A DNA stretch of 64,000 nt from Cyanobacteria bacterium P01_A01_bin.123 (GTDB lineage Bacteria > Cyanobacteriota > Cyanobacteriia > Phormidesmidales > Phormidesmidaceae), in NCBI GenBank assembly GCA_039815185.1, contig JBCBZT010000012.1, positions 32,001-96,000 on the forward strand. Reading direction: 5' to 3'. Shown here piece by piece: positions 51,521 through 61,467 of this stretch; positions within the stretch are counted from its first letter, which is position 1, and every line of letters starts with the position of its first letter. The position numbers and the translations under genes are program-made. The notes beneath the pieces are model-generated. The model saw only the letters and a program-made list of their open reading frames with translations. It did no database searches and was not told the origin of the DNA.

Positions 51521-51683
51521 GCGCCTGCTGGCAATTTCCCGATGGATAAGCGCCTGCTGGCAATTTCCCGATGGATAAGCGCCTGCTGGCAATTTCCCGA
51601 TGGATAAGCGCCTGCTGGCAATTTCCCGATGGTTAGTGCCTGCTGGCAATTTCCCGATGGATAAGCGTTTGCTGGCGATTTCC
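51494..51683 (+). repeat. Tandem array of a 29-bp unit (6 copies plus a degenerate partial copy)
   Basis: Unit GCCTGCTGGCAATTTCCCGATGGATAAGC starting at 51494, 51523, 51552, 51581, 51610 (28-bp variant) and 51638, with a partial copy at 51667; no spacers. Confidence 0.95.
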
Positions 51684-51685
51684 GC

Positions 51686-52342
51686 CTAATTTGAACGAAT
51701 CAGTTGGCGATCGACAGCAGAGAATACCTTGTCGCAGGTTTCGGCATTCTTCAAACATTCGCACACCAGTTGGGCTACATCAGCCCGATGAATACTGCCC
51801 GACACGGTCGGATCTTCAGTCAACAACCCTTGCCCCGTGGTGGGTGCTGATAGCAAGCCACCGGGGCGAATAACGGTGTAAGTTAGGCCGCTGGCAATTA
51901 AATGGGCTTCTGCTTTTTCTTTTTCAGCCAGTACGGGGCCCAACACCGCCATTGCCTGGGCTGGCAGCGCCGGGGCACTCTCCCCTGCGCCAATGGACGA
52001 GATCAAAATAAACCGTCCTGCATGGGTCGCCACGGCTGCGTCAATAAGATGTTTGTTGCCTAGATAATCAGCGCGATCGCCGCCCCCATCCCTGGGTAAT
52101 CCCCCCACCGTTGAAATCACGGCATCAACTGGCGCACTCGCTGCAACCGCACGATGTACCGCGTCACTATCTAAGGCATCGCCGAAATGCACCTGAATTC
52201 CTAATGCCTCTAAATCAAATTGGGCATTTGGTTGACGCAATAGCGCATGGACACGATAGTGTTGAATACTTAATAGATTGGCGATCGCGCGACCCACACC
52301 CCGACTCGCCCCGGCCAGAAATACGGTTTTAGACTCAGCCAT
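51686..52342 (-). CDS. NAD(P)H-binding atypical SDR oxidoreductase
   Basis: [20 protein letters not shown] and IHRADVA motifs. Confidence 0.9.
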   Translation of the reverse strand: MAESKTVFLAGASRGVGRAIANLLSIQHYRVHALLRQPNAQFDLEALGIQVHFGDALDSDAVHRAVAASAPVDAVISTVGGLPRDGGGDRADYLGNKHLIDAAVATHAGRFILISSIGAGESAPALPAQAMAVLGPVLAEKEKAEAHLIASGLTYTVIRPGGLLSAPTTGQGLLTEDPTVSGSIHRADVAQLVCECLKNAETCDKVFSAVDRQLIRSN

Positions 52343-52463
52343 CAAATATAAACCTGAAAAATTACTGCCGAAGTGTAGCATCCTTCATATTCGGGTTATC
52401 CGCCCCGTCGTGTTCTCGCACAAATCGGTAAAATCAAGACAGCGTTTTGATGAAGTAGACTCC

Positions 52464-53066
52464 ATGATTCCAACGGTTATCGAGCAGTCGGGTCGCGGTG
52501 AACGCGCCTTTGATATTTATTCACGCCTGTTGCGTGAGCGCATTGTCTTTTTAGGGGAGCAGGTTACAGCGGAGTCTGCCAACTTAATTGTGGCTCAGAT
52601 GCTATTTTTAGAAGCTGAAGATCCAGAGAAAGATATCTATCTGTATATCAACTCTCCGGGGGGGTCTGTGTCGGCTGGGCTAGGTGTTTTTGACACGATG
52701 AACCACATTCGCCCAGATGTTTGTACCATCTGTGTCGGACTCGCGGCTAGCATGGGGGCATTTTTGCTGAGTGCAGGGCAAAATGGCAAGCGCATGAGCT
52801 TGCCCAACTCGCGTATTATGATTCACCAGCCACTCGGCGGTGCCCAGGGACAAGCCACAGATATTGAGATTCAGGCGAAAGAAATTTTGTACTTGAAGCA
52901 GCAGCTTAACTTGGCCCTCGCCAAGCATACGGGGCAGCCATTGGAGCGGATTGAACGCGATACTGAGCGAGACTTCTTTATGTCTCCCGCTGAGGCCGTA
53001 GATTATGGTCTAATCGATCAGGTTATTGATCGGCACGCGGTGGGCAGCCGTCCTATGCCTGTGTAA
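52464..53066 (+). CDS. clpP: ATP-dependent Clp protease proteolytic subunit
   Basis: [35 protein letters not shown] and ERDFFM. Confidence 0.97.
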   Translation: MIPTVIEQSGRGERAFDIYSRLLRERIVFLGEQVTAESANLIVAQMLFLEAEDPEKDIYLYINSPGGSVSAGLGVFDTMNHIRPDVCTICVGLAASMGAFLLSAGQNGKRMSLPNSRIMIHQPLGGAQGQATDIEIQAKEILYLKQQLNLALAKHTGQPLERIERDTERDFFMSPAEAVDYGLIDQVIDRHAVGSRPMPV

Positions 53067-53097
53067 TTGGGCCGATGGTTCTGCCTTGATAATCGGG

Positions 53098-53129
53098 AGC
53101 CGCGACGTTATCAAACTGTCGCGGCTTTT
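53098..53129 (+). terminator. Probable intrinsic terminator of clpP
   Basis: AGCCGCGAC-N11-GTCGCGGCT followed by TTT. Confidence 0.6.
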
Positions 53130-53237
53130 GAGTATCTTGCCTGCGCGAGCATCTTGCTCACACACTATTAAATCAAGCCAGATTGTTACGGCTGACAAAG
53201 CCACACGGCATAGGGCCATACTGCACAGGGAGCGCTA

Positions 53238-54761
53238 ATGAACGACATTCAACTGATTCGAGGACGCTGGATATTTACGGGAACGACGACCTTACCTGAG
53301 GGTGCGATCGCGATTCAAGGCGACTCCATCGTGTCCGTTGGGGATTGGGCCACGCTGCACAGACAATATCCCAATGCTGCGGTGTTGGGATCAGATCGGG
53401 TGGCAGTGATGCCGGGGTTGATCAACGCTCACCATCACAGTAACGGTGTGCCTCATGCGCTCCAGGGTATTGATGATGACTTTTTAGAACTGTGGTTGTT
53501 TGCGAACATTGCCTTGCGATCGCAGTCTCCCACGCTTAAAACCTTACTTAGCGCGGCTGCCCTTCTGAAAAGTGGGGTTACTAGTGTGCTCGATGTGGCC
53601 ACGATTTCAGATGCTGTGGAGGCAGCAACGGTTAATCTGAAAGCGCGAGTGCAGGCTTATGAACAAGCGGGTATTCGCGTAGCCCTGGCTCCTGGTGCGA
53701 CTTATAAAAGCTTTTTGGTGCATGGTGATGGCGAAGATGAGGCATTCCTCAACACCTTGCCAGCGGCATTGCAACAGCAAGTGCGTTCGCAGGTGGCGCT
53801 GCACCAATCCCTTGCCCCGACAACCTACCTGGAGTTGATTAGCGATTGGGCCCGCACCTACAAACATCATCCTCACATTGATATATGGTTTGGCCCCCCT
53901 GGCCCCCAGTGGGTCGAGGACAAGCTAATGGTAGAGATTGCGGCGGCAGCGTCACGGCTCAATACAGGGATTCAAACCCATGTCACCGAATCGTTTTGTG
54001 AAAAGCTAGTGGGGCCACGCTACTACGGCAAATCCACCATCGCCCACCTGAACGATTTGGGTGTGCTGAGTCCTCAATTTTCTATGGCCCACGGGGTCTG
54101 GCTGACACCAGAGGACATCGTTACCCTAGCGGAGACGGGGGCTTCTCTCAGCCACAATCCTAGTTCTAACCTGCGGTTGCGGGCAGGTGTTGCACCTGTC
54201 AACCAGCTTTTAGCCGCTGGGGTGACCATTGGCTTAGGGATGGACGGCACGACCTTGGGTGACGACGAAGACATGTTTACTGAAATGCAGTTGGCGGCAC
54301 GGCTGCACCGTACGCCTCAAATTGGGTCTCCGGCTCCTAGCTTTAGGGATATCTTTCAAATGGCGACTAGTGGCGGTGCAAAGTTGATGATGCAAGATCA
54401 GGTTCTGGGACGCCTTGCCCCTGGTTATAAAGCTGATGTGGTTTTAGTGAACTGCGATCGCATCACTTGGCCCTGGATTGCCCCCGAGGCCGACCCGCTG
54501 CAGGTTGTGATGATGCGGGCTAAAGCGGCTGATGTGGAGACAGTACTGGTGAATGGTCGAGTCGTGTTAGACAATGGACAGCCGACGGGCTTTGATCTGA
54601 AAGCGGTGGGTGAAGAGGTGGCAGCTCAACTAGATGCAGCCCCCGATCGCCAGGAATACCGAGCCTTAGCCAGTGATCTAAAACCGTATTTGGCTCGCTG
54701 GTACGAAACCTGGGAATCGCCAGTGCTAGTGCCCTACGATGCCTTTAACTCAGAAGTTTAA
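53238..54761 (+). CDS. Amidohydrolase (AtzA/TrzA/nucleobase deaminase-like)
   Basis: PGLINAHHH, THVTES, AHGVW, HNPSSNLRL and GMDG motifs. Confidence 0.9.
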   Translation: MNDIQLIRGRWIFTGTTTLPEGAIAIQGDSIVSVGDWATLHRQYPNAAVLGSDRVAVMPGLINAHHHSNGVPHALQGIDDDFLELWLFANIALRSQSPTLKTLLSAAALLKSGVTSVLDVATISDAVEAATVNLKARVQAYEQAGIRVALAPGATYKSFLVHGDGEDEAFLNTLPAALQQQVRSQVALHQSLAPTTYLELISDWARTYKHHPHIDIWFGPPGPQWVEDKLMVEIAAAASRLNTGIQTHVTESFCEKLVGPRYYGKSTIAHLNDLGVLSPQFSMAHGVWLTPEDIVTLAETGASLSHNPSSNLRLRAGVAPVNQLLAAGVTIGLGMDGTTLGDDEDMFTEMQLAARLHRTPQIGSPAPSFRDIFQMATSGGAKLMMQDQVLGRLAPGYKADVVLVNCDRITWPWIAPEADPLQVVMMRAKAADVETVLVNGRVVLDNGQPTGFDLKAVGEEVAAQLDAAPDRQEYRALASDLKPYLARWYETWESPVLVPYDAFNSEV

Positions 54762-54788
54762 TATCGCCAGTGGTTGTGGAGGCGTTGA

Positions 54789-55610
54789 ATGATGGTTGAC
54801 CCCAATGGTTTTCTAAGTTTGTCCCAAGGGCATTTGAATACGCTGAACCAGTGCGATCGCCGATTTCAGCATCTTTTTCTAGATGGCTTGGTGGTGCCTA
54901 CCTCGCCGGAACAGCAGGCTAGTCTCGATTGGGGGAATCGTTTTCACCTACTGATGCAGCAGCGCGAATTGGATTTGCCGATTGAGGTGATGATGGCCCA
55001 AGACGATGAACTTAAAGCTAGCCTCAATAAACTCTTAGAAACGGCTCCGGAGCTAGTGCCCACAACGGCTGCGTCTGGGGAGTTGCGCCAAAGTGAACAT
55101 CGCCGCACGCTGGCCTTTAATGGGTATTTGCTTACGGCGATTTATGACTTAATTTGTTTGAGCCCAAGCTGTGGCGAAATCTTTGATTGGAAAACGTATC
55201 CGACGCCACGTAAACGGGCTTATCTAGGGCAAGATTGGCAAACGCGACTTTATTTGTTTTTGCTGGCAGAAACCACCGATTTACCGCCAGAAAATCTATC
55301 CATGACCTATTGGTTTGTTCGCAGTCGCGATGCTCAAACCCATAAGCTCCTGCCCCAACCGGAACGCTTTAACTACGATAGTTTACGCCATGAACAAACT
55401 CGTCAGGATCTGTACCAGGTTACTGATCGGTTAACCCAACAGTTAGAGACGCTTAAAGAAACGGGAACTTTGCTTCCTAAGGTGGATGAGGCTAAAGGCT
55501 ATTGCGAGACTTGTCCGTTTGCGGTGCGATGTCAGCGTGCAGGTCATGTATCTGGGATGGCACGATTGAGCTTACCTGAACTTGCCAGCGTTGAAGAGGT
55601 ATCTCTTTAG
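54789..55610 (+). CDS. PD-(D/E)XK nuclease family protein (Cas4/AddB-like, solo)
   Basis: C.RRF, GNRFH, YDL...IFDWKT, QTRLY and CETCPFAVRC (Fe-S-type Cys pattern). Confidence 0.85.
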   Translation: MMVDPNGFLSLSQGHLNTLNQCDRRFQHLFLDGLVVPTSPEQQASLDWGNRFHLLMQQRELDLPIEVMMAQDDELKASLNKLLETAPELVPTTAASGELRQSEHRRTLAFNGYLLTAIYDLICLSPSCGEIFDWKTYPTPRKRAYLGQDWQTRLYLFLLAETTDLPPENLSMTYWFVRSRDAQTHKLLPQPERFNYDSLRHEQTRQDLYQVTDRLTQQLETLKETGTLLPKVDEAKGYCETCPFAVRCQRAGHVSGMARLSLPELASVEEVSL

Positions 55611-55716
55611 GATGATTCAGCAGTATTGAGTAAAAATAACTGAGTTGATCTAATGACAAAGACTCAGCTATCAGCCAATATATTCCCCCTATTTTCAGCG
55701 TTGAACCATTTTATTT

Positions 55717-56712
55717 TTATGAGAATTGTTCAACAAGTTTCTGAACATGGGGTTTCGACCTGCCATAGCTAACGATCGCGACTTCTAAATTCCAATCTTT
55801 GTAGCATTTCAGCGCCCGTTTCAAACCATCCATAATCCAATCGGTTTCATTTCCAAACACCCCACCACCGATCAGTGTCAAAAACATGCGATTGTTGCCA
55901 GTGTGGAGTGAATTCAAAATTGCGGTGCAAATTGTGGCTTCGTAAGACGCTTCTAACACTAGCCGAGCAAAGCTTTCCCACAGTTCAGAAGGATGATTGC
56001 AATAGTCAACCGGCAAAGCGGAGCAATAAGCCTGGGTGACGGTGTGTTTTGAGTTCCGAATTGTGACCTGGGTGTTCCACTGGATGCCGATTCTCAGGCG
56101 TTGACGCAATTGATCCAGCTCATCTGCTGAGGCTGCATCGAGTCGATTAGAAATCTCGATCAGTCCCTCACGCGAGGCCAACGCATAACCATTGGTCATT
56201 GTCCAAAGTCGTTGATCAGAATTGCCTAGGGCAACTCCAATGTCTGCAAGGCAATCAATTTGGTTGTGAACTGATTGGCCGACGTGATTATTGACGACGG
56301 CAAAGTAATTCCGATAAATCGTGCCTGCCCCAGCCGCGATCGCGCACGCTGGCCCTTGGGTTAAATCATGCTCATAGATGCCAACACCATCGTCAGGAGT
56401 TAAACTCGGACCTGCCATTTCCAGCAAATTAAATTGGGACGCAACTTGAAACAAACAACCCCCGTTCGATTCATCGGCATGTAAATCTGAAACGTCTGCA
56501 ACCACCTCGCGTACCGAAAGTTGCCCAACAGCATGCTGACTAGAGTCCACACGGTTCCGCAATTCTCCCAAGGAGGGCGTTTCCAATTGCCCACAAGTGA
56601 ATGTCCTACCGTTCACGAGGGATGTCAACGTGTCACCATCGACAGTCATATGCCCATGCACTTGGCTCGCTGATGTTTCACGAAAGCCAGTCAATCCTTC
56701 AAACCATGTCAT
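55717..56712 (-). CDS. Conserved hypothetical protein, possibly macrodomain/PARG-like
   Basis: FQVASQFNLLEM, DLTQGPACA and LTLIGGGVFGN; clean ORF. Confidence 0.7.
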   Translation of the reverse strand: MTWFEGLTGFRETSASQVHGHMTVDGDTLTSLVNGRTFTCGQLETPSLGELRNRVDSSQHAVGQLSVREVVADVSDLHADESNGGCLFQVASQFNLLEMAGPSLTPDDGVGIYEHDLTQGPACAIAAGAGTIYRNYFAVVNNHVGQSVHNQIDCLADIGVALGNSDQRLWTMTNGYALASREGLIEISNRLDAASADELDQLRQRLRIGIQWNTQVTIRNSKHTVTQAYCSALPVDYCNHPSELWESFARLVLEASYEATICTAILNSLHTGNNRMFLTLIGGGVFGNETDWIMDGLKRALKCYKDWNLEVAIVSYGRSKPHVQKLVEQFS

Positions 56713-57382
56713 TGGATTTTTCCAACTGACGACCAAACCACAACGCTGCCCCGCCGTTACTCTCTGTTTTCAATCGTGCCACCGTCTGATTTAACAGCAC
56801 AAGCGGTAATCCTTTAAGTGCTTCAGATAAATCACAGGTATCATAAGCCCCTTGCTCATTCAGCCGAAAAGCAAACCCCCGACACCCCGTCACATCAATC
56901 ACCCAATATTCTGGAATTTCTAAAGCAGCATAAAGATGCTTTTTCTCATCTAGATCAGTTGGCAAGGTTGTATCTGCTACCTCCCCCACTAAATTCGGCA
57001 CACGCCATTGATCCAAATTAATCCGTCGTCGTTCACCCGATTGCCACTGCGGAAAATCAGCACCCACATACCAGACAATATCTGGTGCAGCCCCGCGCTG
57101 CGTTGGTTTTTCTAAAACACAGCCGCGGAGATTAGAAAACTCACGTTGCCCCTGCTTGGCAAACCAGGCTAAAAAGATCATCGAAATCAGTTGGCAAAAA
57201 TTAGAGTGATTGATTCCCTCATTACCCATATCAACCCAAATTAAACCCGCATTGTAAAAAGCCCGCACCTCGTCAAAAGTTGACTCTTCGCAGTAGCGAA
57301 CGAATAATTCCCAGGTCGCAGGGTGCCAAGTTTTGAGCGGGATGGTCAGCGTAGTTGGCTGATTGGTGGGAGTTGTAACCAT
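56699..57382 (-). CDS. Uma2 family (DUF820) endonuclease-like protein
   Basis: EGINH, APDIVWY, PNLVGEVA, EKKHLY and IPEYWVID. Confidence 0.9.
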   Translation of the reverse strand: MVTTPTNQPTTLTIPLKTWHPATWELFVRYCEESTFDEVRAFYNAGLIWVDMGNEGINHSNFCQLISMIFLAWFAKQGQREFSNLRGCVLEKPTQRGAAPDIVWYVGADFPQWQSGERRRINLDQWRVPNLVGEVADTTLPTDLDEKKHLYAALEIPEYWVIDVTGCRGFAFRLNEQGAYDTCDLSEALKGLPLVLLNQTVARLKTESNGGAALWFGRQLEKSNDMV

Positions 57383-57502
57383 TTAAGAATGCCGTAACCG
57401 TTAACTTCATTCTATGTTCTGGCCCTTGATGCTTCTAGGAAAAAGTAAAGACAACTCGCTATTCTATGGTTGTCCTAGCTTTGTCTGCACCTTGGCTCCG
57501 TG

Positions 57503-58279
57503 CTATTCCATCGCGGTTAGGGGGAATTTCGCCGGAATGCCGACCGCTCGCGGAAACTTGTCAAGTGTTCGATGAGTTTTATTCAAAACTACACAGTGGC
57601 GCTGCCCCGCAGTGATCGGCGTGCACCAAGGATAAATCTGCGCTAACTCACCCCCCAATTGCGACACGGCAAGGTTAAGTGCTGCTGTTTCAGTCGCTGA
57701 CCATTGGCCGCGATAAAGGACGGCTTGCCCTCCTGGTTTGAGTAGCGGTAGGGCATATTCGGCACAGGTGGCGGCAGGGCCAACCGCTCGAATCAAGGCG
57801 AGGTCATAGGCTTCTCGGTGAATGGGTTGATGACCAACTGCTTCGGCACGCTCAGTAACCACTGCAATGTGAGTTAACCCCAGCGTTTGTCCCAGGGTTT
57901 GTAAAAACCGCATTTTCTTTTGGGTTGAATCGAGCAACGTTACAGACCAGTTGGGACAGGCGATCGCGACCGGAATCCCTGGGAAACCGCCGCCAGTACC
58001 AATGTCGATGACCGCCAACCCGCTAGCCCTATTATTCAGGTCTAGGGGCAGGTTTACGGGTTGCCCCAACCACGGCGCAATACCGCTGAGGGAATCCCAC
58101 AGATGCTTTTCCCAAAAGTCTGTTGGATGGGTAATGCGGGTTAAGTTGAGGGTTTGATTGGCCGCCAGAATACCGTCATAAAGCTGCTGGAACAGACTCA
58201 ACTGCTGATCATTGGGTTGCCAACCCAGCGTCGTTTGCCATAGTGATCGGTTTCCCGGCAGTTGGGTCGAAGCTTCCAT
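57503..58279 (-). CDS. rsmG: 16S rRNA m7G527 methyltransferase
   Basis: NLTRIT, KHLWDSL, DIGTGGGFPG and LLDSTQKK. Confidence 0.95.
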   Translation of the reverse strand: MEASTQLPGNRSLWQTTLGWQPNDQQLSLFQQLYDGILAANQTLNLTRITHPTDFWEKHLWDSLSGIAPWLGQPVNLPLDLNNRASGLAVIDIGTGGGFPGIPVAIACPNWSVTLLDSTQKKMRFLQTLGQTLGLTHIAVVTERAEAVGHQPIHREAYDLALIRAVGPAATCAEYALPLLKPGGQAVLYRGQWSATETAALNLAVSQLGGELAQIYPWCTPITAGQRHCVVLNKTHRTLDKFPRAVGIPAKFPLTAME

Positions 58280-58284
58280 CCCGA

Positions 58285-58959
58285 CTAGCTAACCGTTGAA
58301 GGCGCGATCGCATTTTTCTTAAACTGCGCCGGATCCACTTCCTGAAGTTCGCCGTGGTTGATCGTCCAGCAGCGATCTGCAATATCGGCTAACTCTTCTG
58401 CGTCATGGGAGACGACTAACAAACTCCACTCTTGCTTAAGTTGAGCCAATAGGGCAATTAACTGTCGCCGCATCGACCAATCTAACCCAGCTGTAGGTTC
58501 ATCCAACATGAGCAAGTTGGGTTGGCGAATCAGTTGGACGGCCAAAGCGAGACGGCGTTGTTGCCCCCCACTGAGGGCATGGGGTGGGGCTTTTAAGCTC
58601 AAGTGAGCCAGCCCAACCGCATCTAAAGTTTGGTGAATGCGGTCTGCAGACAGTTCAGGATGGCCCAACCGCAATTCTTCTAAAATCGTGTGTCCACAGA
58701 AATGCCGCTCCGGAAACTGAAACACCAATCCCCCCAGCTGTCTCAACATTTCAGGGGTTAATTCTTGGCTGCGCCAACAGATCTTGCCCTGGGTCGGCAT
58801 GGCCAACCCTGCCAAAAGCTCCAGTAACGTACTTTTACCTGACCCGCTTGGCCCCACAATTAACCCCATTTGCTTAGGGGCAAGTTCGAGGTTGATTGAC
58901 TTTAAGATCGCCGTTTGACTGGCCGTGGGATGATAGTTCAGGTCTTGGATATACAGCAT
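58285..58959 (-). CDS. ABC transporter ATP-binding protein (EcfA/CbiO-like)
   Basis: GPSGSGKST, VFQFPE, LSGGQQRR and LDEPTAGLD. Confidence 0.9.
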   Translation of the reverse strand: MLYIQDLNYHPTASQTAILKSINLELAPKQMGLIVGPSGSGKSTLLELLAGLAMPTQGKICWRSQELTPEMLRQLGGLVFQFPERHFCGHTILEELRLGHPELSADRIHQTLDAVGLAHLSLKAPPHALSGGQQRRLALAVQLIRQPNLLMLDEPTAGLDWSMRRQLIALLAQLKQEWSLLVVSHDAEELADIADRCWTINHGELQEVDPAQFKKNAIAPSTVS

Positions 58960-59045
58960 TCACTAGCCAGGTAATAAAATAGATAGGCGCTATCTACTAG
59001 GATAGGCCAGAGATTACAAACTTCGGTTGAGATATCAGGGGAAAC

Positions 59046-60302
59046 ATGATGGCTACACCAACCCCAGGCATAGAACTCATCAAAAAATTTGAAGGACTGC
59101 GGTTAGAGGCTTATGCTGATCCGTTGACCGGGGGGAAACCCTATACCATTGGCTGGGGCAATACCCAACGCAAAGATGGGAGCCCTTTTGCGTTGGGCGA
59201 ACGGATTAGCCAACAAGAAGCCCAAGATTTGCTGATTTGGCATGTCGAAGAAAGCTTTTTGCCCCCCCTGCAGCGGATTCCGGCCTGGGCTGGGATGAAT
59301 GAAGCTCAACAGGGAGCCATCTTGAGTTTTGCGTACAACCTAGGGGCTCACTTTTACGGTGCGTCCGGTTTTGAAACCATTAGCCGAGTCTTGCGTAACC
59401 AACAGTGGGATCAAATCGAAGCGGCTCTGGTGCTTTACCGCAATCCCAGGAGCAATGTGGAAGAAGGGTTGCTTCGTCGTCGTCTGACGGAAGCCGAACT
59501 GTTTCTTTCCGGCACGCCAGGTTTGGCACTCAGCGATTTGGGCAAAGCCTATCTGAGTGCAAGACGTACCGGCGGTGGGCGGCTCAGCAGTCAAGCCTCT
59601 AGCTATCTTGCCGGTCGCCCCATTCCCCGCTCGACTGGGAGTGATCAGCCCACGGCTGTCCCTGCTAACGTGGCCTCATCTGCCCCCCGCGTCCTGTTAA
59701 TCGCCCAACCGTATCTGCAAGGCGAGGATGTCCTAGCTGTGCAAAAAGCATTGGCAGCTAAAGGGGCTGGGGTTGTCGTTGATGGGGTATATGGGCCCGC
59801 GACGAAATTAGCTGTGGAGCGATTTCAGCAGGTAAATGACCTCACTGCCGACGGCATCGTTGGCCCACAGACCCTGGCTCGTTTGATGGAACGTGTCTTG
59901 TACCTAACCACGCCTCCCCAGCAAGGGCTGGATGTGAAAACTGTGCAGCAGGCTTTAGTTAAAGCAGGGGTCAATGTCATCGTTGACGGTGTCTTTGGTG
60001 CGGGTACTCAGCAAGCGGTGAAGCAATTTCAACTGTCCGCAGGGCTGAATGTGGATGGTGTTGTTGGCCCCAAAACGCTGAAAATTTTGCAAGCGCGGCC
60101 CCTTTACGTGACCCAACCGCTGTTGCAGGGGGACGACGTTGCCCAAGTGCAAACTGCCCTCCAACGGCATGGGGGTGCCGTGGCCGTTGACGGCGTCTAT
60201 GGTAACCAAACGGCTGAAGCTGTCGCTCAGTTTCAACGCAAATATGGTTTACAGGTTGATGGCATCGCGGGACGCCGGACTTTAGCGAAGTTGTTGCTTT
60301 AG
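59046..60302 (+). CDS. GH24 lysozyme with multiple C-terminal peptidoglycan-binding domains
   Basis: IKKFEG.RL.AY.D....YTIGWG, FAYNLG and GLLRRR..E; three GxDV..VQ.AL...VDG.YG..T..AV..FQ repeats. Confidence 0.9.
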   Translation: MMATPTPGIELIKKFEGLRLEAYADPLTGGKPYTIGWGNTQRKDGSPFALGERISQQEAQDLLIWHVEESFLPPLQRIPAWAGMNEAQQGAILSFAYNLGAHFYGASGFETISRVLRNQQWDQIEAALVLYRNPRSNVEEGLLRRRLTEAELFLSGTPGLALSDLGKAYLSARRTGGGRLSSQASSYLAGRPIPRSTGSDQPTAVPANVASSAPRVLLIAQPYLQGEDVLAVQKALAAKGAGVVVDGVYGPATKLAVERFQQVNDLTADGIVGPQTLARLMERVLYLTTPPQQGLDVKTVQQALVKAGVNVIVDGVFGAGTQQAVKQFQLSAGLNVDGVVGPKTLKILQARPLYVTQPLLQGDDVAQVQTALQRHGGAVAVDGVYGNQTAEAVAQFQRKYGLQVDGIAGRRTLAKLLL

Positions 60303-60306
60303 GTTT

Positions 60307-61275
60307 ATGGTGAACCCGTCCGATGTTTCTCCAGAGATTCTGTCAGAGTCGATGGCGCTGGTGGTCAAAACGCCCCAAGCTGAACGGCTCGATCGGTGGT
60401 TGGCAAATCAGTTGTTGAACTACTCTCGCAGCCGCATTCAAAAACTGATCGAAGCGGGAGAGATCACGATCAACGGTCAGGTTTGCACCCAGAAAAAAAC
60501 AGTAGTGCAGCTGGGGGATGCGATCGTGATTACGGTACCTGCTCCTGAACCACTGGAACTGATAGCAGAAGCCATTCCCCTAGACATCCTTTACGAAGAC
60601 GACCAGCTTTTGATCATTAATAAACCAGCTGGGATGGTGGTGCACCCCGCCCCAGGTCACGATCGTGGCACGCTGGTTAACGCTATTTTGGCTCACTGTG
60701 GCGATCGCCTTGCGGGCATCGGCGGGGTACAGCGGCCTGGCATTGTCCATCGCTTGGATAAAGACACCACGGGCGCGATCGCAGTGGCTAAAACTGACCT
60801 AGCCCATCAACATTTGCAAGCCCAGATCAAGGCCAAAACGGCTCGCCGCGACTATCTTGGGGTTGTCTACGGGGCTCCAACGGTTGATCTCGGTACGGTC
60901 AATGCTCCCGTCGGTCGCCATCCTGTCGATCGTAAAAAGATGTCAATTGTCCCCGAAGCTAAGGGGGGACGCGTGGCTATCACCCATTGGCAAGTGAGAG
61001 AGCGTTTAGGAAACTACACGTTGATTCATTTTCAGTTAGAAACCGGGCGCACCCACCAAATTCGCGTCCACAGTACCCACTTAGGCCATCCGATTGTGGG
61101 AGATTTGGTCTATGGTTCTGGACGATCGGTGGGCGTTAATTTACCAGGGCAGGCACTCCACGCCTGGCGGTTAACGGTAGTGCATCCAGTATCGGAGCAG
61201 GTGATTGAAGCGATCGCGCCCTTACCGCAACCGATGGAAACCCTGTTGGCGGTGTTGCGCAACCGCGCGGGCTAG
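60307..61275 (+). CDS. rluD: RluA/RluD family pseudouridine synthase
   Basis: S4 domain RLDRWL; VHRLDKDTTG; TGRTHQIRVH. Confidence 0.9.
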   Translation: MVNPSDVSPEILSESMALVVKTPQAERLDRWLANQLLNYSRSRIQKLIEAGEITINGQVCTQKKTVVQLGDAIVITVPAPEPLELIAEAIPLDILYEDDQLLIINKPAGMVVHPAPGHDRGTLVNAILAHCGDRLAGIGGVQRPGIVHRLDKDTTGAIAVAKTDLAHQHLQAQIKAKTARRDYLGVVYGAPTVDLGTVNAPVGRHPVDRKKMSIVPEAKGGRVAITHWQVRERLGNYTLIHFQLETGRTHQIRVHSTHLGHPIVGDLVYGSGRSVGVNLPGQALHAWRLTVVHPVSEQVIEAIAPLPQPMETLLAVLRNRAG

Positions 61276-61304
61276 TCGTCTGCGGTCTAGGCCCCAAAAC
61301 AAAA

Positions 61305-61328
61305 CTGTCCTAGCCAATGCTAGGACAG
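61305..61328 (-). terminator. Intrinsic terminator downstream of cpcG
   Basis: CTGTCCTAGC-CAAT-GCTAGGACAG, followed by TTTTGTTTT on the minus strand. Confidence 0.7.
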
Positions 61329-61467
61329 CGCCATGAGTGAGCTTAAAATCACCAGTGGGCGATCGCCACAACTCATACAAACCTTAACCGTTAATGCCTG
61401 TAGCGCCAGTCAGAAATTCCTGAAAGTCCTTCCAATATTAAACTCTCAGGAATTGCCTGAAATGCTG

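Noticed and set aside
51494..51683. CRISPR array (29-bp repeats, with a Cas4-like gene 3 kb away)
   Set aside because: The repeats are contiguous with no spacers, the first unit is coding sequence, and no cas1/cas2 is present.
52278..52463. N-terminal extension of ClpP given in the ORF track
   Set aside because: It overlaps the divergent SDR gene, and canonical ClpP begins at MIPTV (52464).
53067..53237. Riboswitch upstream of the amidohydrolase, or a fourth copy of the 100-bp element (GCCAGATTG)
   Set aside because: Only a terminator-like hairpin and a 9-nt match are present; no recognisable aptamer consensus.
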